Source: Promethearchaeia archaeon
GTDB taxonomy: Archaea > Asgardarchaeota > Lokiarchaeia > Sigyniarchaeales > SOKP01
Direction: 5' to 3'
NCBI GenBank assembly: GCA_046497275.1
Contig: JAWOFX010000084.1
Span: 1-32,000, forward strand
DNA: 32,000 bases
Shown: one piece after another, positions 1-8,203 of the stretch
How positions within the stretch are numbered: position 1 is the first letter of the stretch
Layout: each line of letters starts with the position of its first letter
Notes under the pieces: generated by a model
Databases searched by the model: none
What the model saw: only the letters and a program-made list of their open reading frames with translations
Told to the model about the DNA's origin: nothing
Translations under genes and position numbers: made by a program

Positions 1-18
1 ATATGGGTGAAATTCAAA

Positions 19-315
19 ATGGTAAATGTGTTAGTTACTGTTAAGTATCCTCCACATAAAACTGAGGAAGTTATTAAAGTATATACTTCGGGAAAAGCAG
101 CAGAATATCCTGATTTTGTAAAGAGAAAATTTCAATGGGCTACACCAAATTATGATGTGAAAATCTATAATGTATATGATATTCAAGATGAAAAACTTGT
201 AGAAGGATTGAAAGCGATAGCGAAACGATTTTCTACATATGTTAAAGTAGAGGGATATAAATATAATGTTGAAGTTCTAATCGAAGGAGCTGAAGCTCTC
301 AAAATGATGAGGTAA
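19..315 (+). CDS. Small hypothetical protein, probably ferredoxin-like alpha/beta fold
   Basis: Clean ORF with normal composition. GGTGA (6-10) lies 8 nt before ATG at 19; GTG at 7 is an alternative start. No diagnostic motif. Confidence 0.65.
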   Translation: MVNVLVTVKYPPHKTEEVIKVYTSGKAAEYPDFVKRKFQWATPNYDVKIYNVYDIQDEKLVEGLKAIAKRFSTYVKVEGYKYNVEVLIEGAEALKMMR

Positions 316-472
316 TAATATAACTAAAAGATTTCAGATTCTAATATAATCATAGTGTATAAAAAGAAGATAGTAGAAACAAGATTTATTTTTTTAATAT
401 TATTTAACTTTTTTTTAAAATATCCAGATAAATAATAAAAGAAATAATAAATCAAATCCATGTTTTGATTAT

Positions 473-928
473 TTAGAGTTTTAAAACTTGAAAACGTGAG
501 TATCCATCTTTTACAAAATCATAATCCAATAGTTCAATTTTCTCGGGGATGATTTTCAAAATAAGGGTTCTTTTCCCACGAACTATTTTTTGAGCATGAT
601 CAAAGCCCTCATCCTCTTCTTTCATAAAAATTAAATGATCTTTCCCAGATGCTGTGATTTGCATACCCTGAATCTTTCCAGTATCCATCGGGGTATATAT
701 TCCAATACTCACTATTGGATTTTCTTGTATATTTTTTACTTTTCTTCCAGGAGCGGGACCAACATATATTGAAAAATCATCAACATTTGCATTTTTATCT
801 AGATAAAAATCCATTGGTGTTGCGCGAGGAATATTATTGCTGGAAGTACATAAAACTAAAACCTTTCTACTTTTCAAAAAAAGTCGAATTTGTTTTTTTA
901 ACTCATCTTCTGGCATTTTTTTATTCAA
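473..928 (-). CDS. Pyridoxamine 5'-phosphate oxidase-like (split beta-barrel) flavin/F420-binding protein
   Basis: VLVLCTSSNNIPRATPM and RKVKNIQENPIVSI match the PNPOx-family LAT...P and K..N...NP.VS pattern. Confidence 0.8.
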   Translation of the reverse strand: MNKKMPEDELKKQIRLFLKSRKVLVLCTSSNNIPRATPMDFYLDKNANVDDFSIYVGPAPGRKVKNIQENPIVSIGIYTPMDTGKIQGMQITASGKDHLIFMKEEDEGFDHAQKIVRGKRTLILKIIPEKIELLDYDFVKDGYSRFQVLKL

Positions 929-1030
929 TTATATCAACTCAAATCATGTCATAAGAAATCTTAATAATCACACAAATTAATAACTTAAAAAAAAGATATC
1001 AGTTAAGAAAAAGTAAAAAATAGAAAGAGA

Positions 1031-2191
1031 TCAGCTCATTAATTCATTAAAGGCGTGATCATCGTTATCTACGGCTGCTCTCACGTAAGGACTGATGGGT
1101 CCCCTTCCCAGAACCATTATTCTAATTTTTGAGCCAATTTGTGGATCCATTGCAGTACCTACTTTTAATTGTGCTTCATTAGGGATTTCTTTGGAAATGG
1201 TTGACACGATATTGTCCATTTTATCTAAAGTTAATCGATGATTTCCAGTTACAGAAAGTAAACATTTTTCTACAGATGTAGTATCAAGCTCTAAAAGAGG
1301 ATTATGAATCGCTAATTTTGACTTGGTGATTAAATCCGTTTTATTTCCGAGAGATTCAGTTATTCCAATTAATCCGGATGGATAATTCCCAATTCTTTCA
1401 AAAACTCTTTTCACATCAGCAAAATCAATATTGATAAGTCCGCAACTATTAATTAAATGAACCACTTCTTTGATGCTTCGAATAAGGATTTCATCCATAA
1501 TTTTAAACCCAGTCAAAACAGGAACTTTTGGAATAATATTAACAAGATTATTATTAGGTAGTGGAATTATTGTATCCGAATATTTCGCTAGTTTAGCAAG
1601 TCCTAATCTTGCTCGTCCCCTTCTTTCAGCTCCTTCTGAATTAAAGGGAATAGTACAAAAAGAAACAACAATTGAATCATTTTTTTTCGCCTCTCTCGCT
1701 ACTATAGGAGCAGCGCCTGTTCCAGTACCTCCACCGAGTCCACAAGTAATAAATACAATATCTGAATCCAATGATTTTCTAATTCTTTCCAAATCCTCTT
1801 CAGCAGCCTCTTCACCTATTTCTGGATTATTTCCAGAACCAAGTCCATTACACGTCTCTTTTCCAATCAAAATCTTTTTAGTAGAATTAGAATAGTAAAG
1901 ATCATGTGCATCAGTGTTAATATTAAGTGTCTTTGTGCCATTTAACTCCATTTCCTGAAGTCTTGACACAGTATTATTGCCTGCTCCACCAACCCCAACC
2001 ATTATACTTTTTACTTTTAGAACTTTTAATAAATCTTTTAAATAATCATCATTATCATAATTATCTTTCTGATCCATCTGTTTTGAAGCTTGAGAAAGTT
2101 GTTTAAACCTCGCTCTTACGGAAATATCATTTTTAAGATTATTCGGAAGTAATTCTAAATTTTTGGTTTCTTTGAACAATTTAATCAACAA
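1031..2191 (-). CDS. ftsZ: Cell division GTPase FtsZ
   Basis: GVGGAGNN, INTD, GLGSG, the tubulin signature GLGGGTGTG, and the T7 loop NIDFAD. TTG start preceded by GGAGA. Confidence 0.95.
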   Translation of the reverse strand: MLIKLFKETKNLELLPNNLKNDISVRARFKQLSQASKQMDQKDNYDNDDYLKDLLKVLKVKSIMVGVGGAGNNTVSRLQEMELNGTKTLNINTDAHDLYYSNSTKKILIGKETCNGLGSGNNPEIGEEAAEEDLERIRKSLDSDIVFITCGLGGGTGTGAAPIVAREAKKNDSIVVSFCTIPFNSEGAERRGRARLGLAKLAKYSDTIIPLPNNNLVNIIPKVPVLTGFKIMDEILIRSIKEVVHLINSCGLINIDFADVKRVFERIGNYPSGLIGITESLGNKTDLITKSKLAIHNPLLELDTTSVEKCLLSVTGNHRLTLDKMDNIVSTISKEIPNEAQLKVGTAMDPQIGSKIRIMVLGRGPISPYVRAAVDNDDHAFNELMS

Positions 2192-2221
2192 TTCTCCAAA
2201 ATATTTTATATCTTATGTTAT

Positions 2222-2292
2222 TGAAATATTTCTTCGTAATATTTCAGAGTAATACAAGGATATTACCTTTGATTTTTCAAAGTGTTGAAAAA
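2222..2292. promoter_or_regulatory. Three adjacent inverted repeats in the ftsZ / Zn-ribbon divergent intergenic region
   Basis: TGAAATATT-N7-AATATTTCA (2222-2246), GTAATA-N6-TATTAC (2249-2266) and TTTTTCAA-N4-TTGAAAAA (2273-2292), read directly from the sequence. Confidence 0.35.
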
Positions 2293-2384
2293 AACAACTA
2301 GACTAAATACTTGAAGTTGAAATAATTTGTGTCCTTTTTTCCTATGAAAAAAGTGAGAAAATAACATTTAAAAGATATTGATGA

Positions 2385-2660
2385 GTTTTTTTAAATATAA
2401 TAACGGGTGTTTTAGTCACGGAAATCGAAAAATTTAAAGGTGGAAGTGTTCGTGCTCATAGTGAATCGGCTCATATAGATGAGTTGATTAAAGTTCGCGC
2501 AATTATAACTTGCCCTGGTTGTGGTTATAATAAAGCCTTTAAGAATAAATTTAATCGAGCTAATTTAGAAAATCTCATCGTAAGTCTTAAAGTTTTTGAC
2601 TGGATGGCATGTAATAAATGTGGCGAATTATTAGAGCTAAATGTCGAATTTGAGATATAA
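2385..2660 (+). CDS. Small zinc-ribbon protein (CPGC...CNKC), not in ORF track; start codon uncertain
   Basis: Manual translation: ...VLVTEIEKFKGGSVRAHSESAHIDELIKVRAIITCPGCGYNKAFKNKFNRANLENLIVSLKVFDWMACNKCGELLELNVEFEI*. Frame is open from 2385 to TAA at 2658-2660. No ATG/GTG/TTG start precedes the domain. Confidence 0.75.
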   Translation, partial: VFLNIITGVLVTEIEKFKGGSVRAHSESAHIDELIKVRAIITCPGCGYNKAFKNKFNRANLENLIVSLKVFDWMACNKCGELLELNVEFEI

Positions 2661-2690
2661 GATTTTATTTTAAAAACTCCTTAAATTGAT

Positions 2691-4004
2691 TTATTCTAAA
2701 TCTAATTCTATATTTCCATAAGTACCACCACCACCAGCGGTATAGACGATTTCATTGTTCCTAAACGCGTCTATAACTTTTCCGATTTCTTCATTATAGT
2801 TCAAAATTTTATCGATTGGAAGATCCAATAGGATTTCAAATTCCTTTCCCAGTTTATCAATAATATCATTATAGATTTTTAAAACCGTTTTGGAATTTTT
2901 ACTTTTTATTCCCTTAATTGCTCGGATTATATCGATCAAGGGTATCGCATTAATATAAGCTGGTCGATGATTGGGATGATGTGGTTCCTCAAAGGTTGAA
3001 ATAGTGTCAATGCGTTCACTCACACCCAATTTGATTTTATAATTATTCCCGGTCTTTTCTTTACATGCGGGACATACAACTTTTTTTTCTCCTACTTTTT
3101 GTATATAATCTTTTTTTGCCTTTTCGGGTTCATTTTCATAAAAGATTATGAAATTGTCTGTAATCGAATATTGATTAAAACCCAAACCTAAATTCTTTTT
3201 TGTTTTTTTAAATAAAACTCTCCTTCTACATTTCCCGCAGAACATATTATAATATTTACCAAGTTTTGGATGGAGTCCTATATTTAACGATACTTTCCGT
3301 CCATCTTTTCTTTTCAATGCTAATACTATTTCTTCAAAAGATGGTTCTTCAATTTCAAATTTATTGAATTCTCGTCCAAGAGAATATGCACTTTGAGAAT
3401 GAGCATCACTATTAGATAAGAAAGTAATATCTTTCAAGGATTCCAACCTATCTGCTAAATCAGTATTAGCCGATAATCCTAATTCTAAAAAAAGTACTTT
3501 TTTTAAGGCGCCTTGATAACAGCTCTCTAAAGTCTCAAATTTATTTTGGCGAAATATTGCTCTAAATGGGGTAAAAGCATGAGCAGGACCAATGATTCCC
3601 CCATTATCAAAAATTATATCAGTAAGTTCCGGAGGAGGAAGGTTAACTCGGGGTCGACCTCCCCATTCATCTAAGATATTTTTCGAAAAAGGTTCAAGCT
3701 TATTTTGAATAATTTTCACAGTTTCGAAGTCAGGAAATAAAACAACATGATGGATACTCTCTTCATCTTCAATTTCTGTTTGTAAGATAAAATAAATATC
3801 CTTATAGGAATATATGCCATTTTTCTGTTTCTGAAGATTAGACTTTAGATAGGTTATCCAGTCAGGTTGTAACACATCTCCCGTTCCTAAGATTTGTAGT
3901 CCTTTTTTCCTACAAGTTTCCAGCATCGTGTCCAAATTTAGGCTCTGGGATACCGCAATACTATGAGGTGAGTGAATATGTAAGTCGGCGTTGTAAATCG
4001 GCAT
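2691..4004 (-). CDS. Endonuclease Q family protein (PHP domain + Zn finger)
   Basis: ADLHIHS, GTGD, HHVV, GPAHAFTP, ELGLSA, SNSDAHS, LGKY..CxxC...CPAC and C-terminal GGGGTYG give the EndoQ/TIGR00375 architecture. Confidence 0.9.
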   Translation of the reverse strand: MPIYNADLHIHSPHSIAVSQSLNLDTMLETCRKKGLQILGTGDVLQPDWITYLKSNLQKQKNGIYSYKDIYFILQTEIEDEESIHHVVLFPDFETVKIIQNKLEPFSKNILDEWGGRPRVNLPPPELTDIIFDNGGIIGPAHAFTPFRAIFRQNKFETLESCYQGALKKVLFLELGLSANTDLADRLESLKDITFLSNSDAHSQSAYSLGREFNKFEIEEPSFEEIVLALKRKDGRKVSLNIGLHPKLGKYYNMFCGKCRRRVLFKKTKKNLGLGFNQYSITDNFIIFYENEPEKAKKDYIQKVGEKKVVCPACKEKTGNNYKIKLGVSERIDTISTFEEPHHPNHRPAYINAIPLIDIIRAIKGIKSKNSKTVLKIYNDIIDKLGKEFEILLDLPIDKILNYNEEIGKVIDAFRNNEIVYTAGGGGTYGNIELDLE

Positions 4005-4115
4005 TATAGATCTTAAAATAAAAGGTTTAATATATAATTGAGCCTAATATTCTTAAAAATATATTTATAGTTTAAAACGGAAAGTTTTAGATATAATAAT
4101 CACCACATTTCATCT

Positions 4116-4709
4116 ATGGAAGATAGATCTGATGGAAATGAGAAACCTCGTTTGCCTCCCGGGCAATATGTAGCTAAAAGATTTCCCGTCCTACAAAAGG
4201 GAAAAATACCGCATATAGAAAGAGAGAAATATCGATTAGAAATCTCGGGAGAAGTTCATAATCCAAAAGTATTAAGTTTAGAGGATCTTAATAAGTTAAG
4301 GGATACAGTAATAACGACAGACGTCCATTGTGTGACTTCTTGGTCAAAATTTGATACCAGATGGGAAGGAATTTCGTTTAATGCGATTTTAGATATTGTG
4401 AAACCCAAATCTTCAGCACATTTTTTAGAATTTTTATGTGAAGATGGTGAATTCACCACAACAGTTCCACTAGAAAGGATTCAAGCAGATAATGCAATCT
4501 TAGCATTAAAATATGACGGTTTAGCATTGGGAGATAAACACGGAGGGCCTGTACGCGCTGTGATCCCAGATTTATATTTCTATAAAAGTGCTAAATGGGT
4601 TAAAAAGATAACTTTTCTTGAAGAAGATAGATTGGGATATTGGGAAAAAGGAGGATATTCAAATAAAGCAGATCCATGGAAAGAACAACGATATCGCTCT
4701 GATGATTAA
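4116..4709 (+). CDS. Molybdopterin-dependent oxidoreductase, sulfite oxidase/YuiH-like, cytoplasmic
   Basis: RLPPGQ...FPVL, DVHCVTSWS (Mo-ligand Cys), HGGPVR, YFYKSAKW, GYWEKGGY. No Tat signal. Confidence 0.9.
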   Translation: MEDRSDGNEKPRLPPGQYVAKRFPVLQKGKIPHIEREKYRLEISGEVHNPKVLSLEDLNKLRDTVITTDVHCVTSWSKFDTRWEGISFNAILDIVKPKSSAHFLEFLCEDGEFTTTVPLERIQADNAILALKYDGLALGDKHGGPVRAVIPDLYFYKSAKWVKKITFLEEDRLGYWEKGGYSNKADPWKEQRYRSDD

Positions 4710-4760
4710 AAGATCTTTAAATTAAAAATAGAATTTAATAAACTTTCATATTAAAAGCCT

Positions 4761-4958
4761 TTAATCGTAAGACATTAAATAGGTATATTTTGTCAGATCA
4801 AACTTGTCTAACTTTACCCCATTTCCGTTATGTCCATTAGTATTTAGATGTATGGGTATTTTTACTACGATTTTCTCATCATTTAAATACAGATTATTGT
4901 AAAAAACCTTTTGTTTTTTTTCAAAGTCAATGAATTTTGCAATTCGGTTCATTTTCAA
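4761..4958 (-). CDS. Small hypothetical protein, paralog of 5116-5292
   Basis: Aligns end to end with the neighbouring 58-aa ORF (KFIDF, FYNNL, EK.VVK.P, F.LT, YLM.Y). Confidence 0.75.
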   Translation of the reverse strand: MKMNRIAKFIDFEKKQKVFYNNLYLNDEKIVVKIPIHLNTNGHNGNGVKLDKFDLTKYTYLMSYD

Positions 4959-5115
4959 TATAATTTCCTATTTTTTTCTTATACTCTCAATACTTCCTAT
5001 TTATGAATTAGGGGTATTTTAAATAAAATTAGTTTATATAATCTATATATATTAAATAGAATATATGTAAGAATTAAAAAAGCCAAAGAACTTGAGAAAA
5101 TTATTGTTCTCCTAA

Positions 5116-5292
5116 TTAATAGTGCATCAAATAAGAATTTGTAAGAGTAAATTCTTCAACCTTGATATCTTGTGGAGAAAAAGTTTTATCTATATGCGTT
5201 AAAGGCATTTTCACTACTAATTTCTCTTGTTCTAACCATAAATTATTATAAAATAATCCGTTGGTATTGTCAAAATCAATAAATTTATCCAT
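5116..5292 (-). CDS. 58-aa small hypothetical protein, not in ORF track; paralog of 4761-4958
   Basis: MDKFIDFDNTNGLFYNNLWLEQEKLVVKMPLTHIDKTFSPQDIKVEEFTLTNSYLMHY*. GAGGTG Shine-Dalgarno lies 5 nt upstream of the ATG. Confidence 0.8.
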   Translation of the reverse strand: MDKFIDFDNTNGLFYNNLWLEQEKLVVKMPLTHIDKTFSPQDIKVEEFTLTNSYLMHY

Positions 5293-5673
5293 AAACCCAC
5301 CTCATGTAATTATTGCAATATTCAAATTTAAATTGTGAAAGACTATAAAATTTCTATTATTTTAAAATAATTTGTTTTATTTCACTTAGATATTATATGA
5401 AATAAAAGCATGAAAGGATTCTATTTTGTATCTTTCTTTTCTCAAGAAGTTTTTAAACAAACTTTACAAAATTTTAATCAGGTAATTTTTACCTTATATC
5501 CTTTCAACATAATTTTAAATTCTTTTTTTATTGCCTTGATATATTAAATCTTTTGAGATTTATAAATATTTTGGTAATTCTAATAATCTAAATTAATTTA
5601 ATGTAATTTCTTTGAATCAAGTTTGAAATATTGTTAACTAAAATTGATTTCAAAAGTCTATTGAGCAACATAA

Positions 5674-6732
5674 TTACTTAGCAATGAGAATCATCTTGTC
5701 TATTTTACTATTTCCTAATAAGATTCTATAATAAACTCCTTTCTTTTTATGAGTTACTTTTTCAAATTTTCCTTCCACCATCACTAATTCTCCTTTTTTT
5801 GCGTGCTCACAGAAACGACCTCGAAAAGAATTAACTTCTCTAATAGAATCTAAATCAATATTATCAACATGAATATCCTTTTTAATAGACTCAAAATCAA
5901 TAATTCTAAGCGCATTAATTTTATAAGTTGCTGGAGTAAAGAGACAATCCTTAGCATCTGTAATTTCAGCTTTTAATCGTATTCTACCAAAATTTTCATA
6001 TTTACAATCATAATAGCTAATGGTCCAATCGTCTGGGCTCTTAATATATCGAATAAAAAATTCTATATCCTTAAATATCCCTTGGTGAAGTTTTCTGATC
6101 TCGCTTTTCATAAAATCATTAAAAGATATCCCTGAGCCCCCCGCTCGAAATTTATAATGAGATTTGTATTCTTCAAATTTATAATGGCGAAACTCATTTG
6201 GAGCTTCAAATATAGCAGGTAAATAGGTTTGAAATTCCAGAGATTGCTGAGTTCCATATATTATCAAGTCTATGTCCGAATCTGATTTTTGTAATCCAAT
6301 CATTTGGGATCCAGTGATTCCAATTGAATCAGACGAAAGATTACTGTTCTCGATAAATAATTTACATAAATCATATGAATCCTTCTTGATTCCGTTAATA
6401 TTAGACTTATTTTGTAATTCTTTAAAATAATTTCTTGGATGATATATTCTCTTAATATCAGAATTCTTAACTCCTTGTAATTGCATATCAAATTGTTCTG
6501 AAAAGAAGATGTATTGCGGGAAGTGTTTTTGTAAAAAGGAGTAGCGCTTTTCTAGGTCATAAATTTTTGAATATCTAATGCTCTTTCTCTGTCTCTCTCC
6601 TTCGGGATCTGGATAAAATCGAATAAAACAAATTGTCCGATCTTTTGGATGTGAAACTCCTTTTACGTCAAAAAAAAGGTCATTGCGTTTTGTTTGAAGA
6701 TAATCCCCTTCAATAGCTTTTAGATCATCCAT
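5674..6732 (-). CDS. Archaeal predicted nucleotidyltransferase (COG1665-like, Pol-beta superfamily)
   Basis: GITGS...SDSDIDLIIYG is the Pol-beta NTase motif. N-terminal F.VKG..HP...Y.P and a C-terminal OB-like region are typical of this archaeal family. Confidence 0.8.
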   Translation of the reverse strand: MDDLKAIEGDYLQTKRNDLFFDVKGVSHPKDRTICFIRFYPDPEGERQRKSIRYSKIYDLEKRYSFLQKHFPQYIFFSEQFDMQLQGVKNSDIKRIYHPRNYFKELQNKSNINGIKKDSYDLCKLFIENSNLSSDSIGITGSQMIGLQKSDSDIDLIIYGTQQSLEFQTYLPAIFEAPNEFRHYKFEEYKSHYKFRAGGSGISFNDFMKSEIRKLHQGIFKDIEFFIRYIKSPDDWTISYYDCKYENFGRIRLKAEITDAKDCLFTPATYKINALRIIDFESIKKDIHVDNIDLDSIREVNSFRGRFCEHAKKGELVMVEGKFEKVTHKKKGVYYRILLGNSKIDKMILIAK

Positions 6733-6807
6733 TGTTATAGAATAATGTTAAATACTATAAATTGATGGTGTTTAGCTCTTAAAAAAAATAAAAATAGAAA
6801 AGTAATA

Positions 6808-7005
6808 TTATCTACGAGTCATTTTCGCCCCACAATTGGGACAAGTTTGCTGATAACAAGGTACTCCTACTTGATGAGGCACATTGGTACCACAGTTTGG
6901 ACATACACATTGTCCTCCTGGGCCTGCAGCTGCGGGACCCCCTTGCCTACCTCTCCCTCCACTTCTGGGTGCTCTTCCACGACCTCCTCCTCTTCTTCCG
7001 CTCAT
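6808..7005 (-). CDS. Small Gly/Arg-rich zinc-binding protein
   Basis: N-terminal GRRGGGRGR...GGRGR, then GPGGQCVCPNCG...PHQVGVPC...CPNCGAKM, a recognisable small prokaryotic Cys-rich family. Confidence 0.85.
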   Translation of the reverse strand: MSGRRGGGRGRAPRSGGRGRQGGPAAAGPGGQCVCPNCGTNVPHQVGVPCYQQTCPNCGAKMTRR

Positions 7006-7141
7006 ATTTTAAATTCCCTCCTTATAATTTTTTTATATTATTTCATTTAGTGAATATTTATTCGAAATAAAAAAGATTTGGATTAACTTTTATAAAATTT
7101 AACTTATTGATTAAAATTCAAAAATTTATCTTTACTGAAAA

Positions 7142-8101
7142 TCATTTTTTGGGTCTAATCACAGAATAAAGGTCTCCCACAGTAGTATTCATTTCCGCAT
7201 AAACATTATGTGGATGGATTGATTCAAAACTCTCAATTTTAAAGGTTATTTTAAAATTATCTTGTAAATTTGGAAAATCTCTTCTTAAGAAATTCCGTGC
7301 CATTTCTCGTATAATATCTTCTGCAAAAAGTGGTTTGAGATGAGCACTTCTAACTAATTCCGCTTCCTCATATCTTTTTAACACCGATTGGATTTTTCCA
7401 GACATACTCTCTTCAATCACGTCAATTAATTCCAACACATCAATCTTATGACTGTTTAAATCATTTATTTGGAGGATGATAGTACCTTTGGATCTCTGAT
7501 TATGTGAAGCAAAAGGAAGGATATTAATTAATTTTTTTATATCTTCATCGGAAACATTAATATCTTTTCGTGTTCGGATAACCTCCTCAGCATATTCCTG
7601 TGACATTGATTTTGCGCAAGGGCAACAGCTAATTCCTACAGCTGAAGCACCGATAAAATAATTAGAGTCAATTTCCCCTTTCTGATTCTTTTTTGCTGTG
7701 GTGCGTGAACTTATATCATATGATTTTTGAATATTACCATGGGAATTTTCTCTAACCTGAACGATAATTTTACCTTCAAGATTAACTTCTACTTTTGAGG
7801 TGTAGGGATGGCGTTCTATTAACTTTTTTGCAATTCTATCTCCTACGAGTTCAATAGTAGGTGTTGGTTTGAAAATTACTTCATTAATAATTTCCTCGAT
7901 AGTTTCAGATGTCCGAGACATATGAATGCCCCTCTGTTGAGCGGGAAGAGAGATTAGGGCAGATATTTTTGGATAAAACGAATATCGTTTATTTTCTTGC
8001 ATAATCTCTACCTTCTTCTCAACATTAACAATTCCTACTTTATCGATAGGTAGATCAAAGGCAGATTCAGAATCTTGAAGGTCTTTTTTAAAATGATAAA
8101 T
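7142..8101 (-). CDS. mptA: GTP cyclohydrolase IV / FolE2 family (MptA); probable ATT start at 8101
   Basis: RGIHMSR, SCCPCA, ASHNQRS, LKRYEE, PLFAED, ESIHPHN. The family's N-terminal DLQ...IDKVGI motif lies upstream of the ORF-track ATG (8002) in the same open frame. Confidence 0.92.
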   Translation of the reverse strand: MYHFKKDLQDSESAFDLPIDKVGIVNVEKKVEIMQENKRYSFYPKISALISLPAQQRGIHMSRTSETIEEIINEVIFKPTPTIELVGDRIAKKLIERHPYTSKVEVNLEGKIIVQVRENSHGNIQKSYDISSRTTAKKNQKGEIDSNYFIGASAVGISCCPCAKSMSQEYAEEVIRTRKDINVSDEDIKKLINILPFASHNQRSKGTIILQINDLNSHKIDVLELIDVIEESMSGKIQSVLKRYEEAELVRSAHLKPLFAEDIIREMARNFLRRDFPNLQDNFKITFKIESFESIHPHNVYAEMNTTVGDLYSVIRPKK

Positions 8102-8203
8102 ATTATTTCACCGAAGCCAAAACTTCAATATATAATAATTTACTATTTAATATAGTTAATGTTCAATTTAGTTAATATTTAGTTTAAGAAATATTTTTAG
8201 GTA

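Noticed and set aside
5300-5673. Third copy of the small-protein paralog, or a 45-aa ORF at 5410-5547 (+)
   Set aside because: No KFIDF/FYNNL motif in any frame I read. The short ORF is Phe/Ile-rich, as expected from AT-rich non-coding DNA, and has no RBS.
6900-7005. GC-rich patch as a possible tRNA or structured RNA
   Set aside because: It is fully explained by Gly/Arg/Pro codons of the small Zn-binding gene, and no cloverleaf is present.
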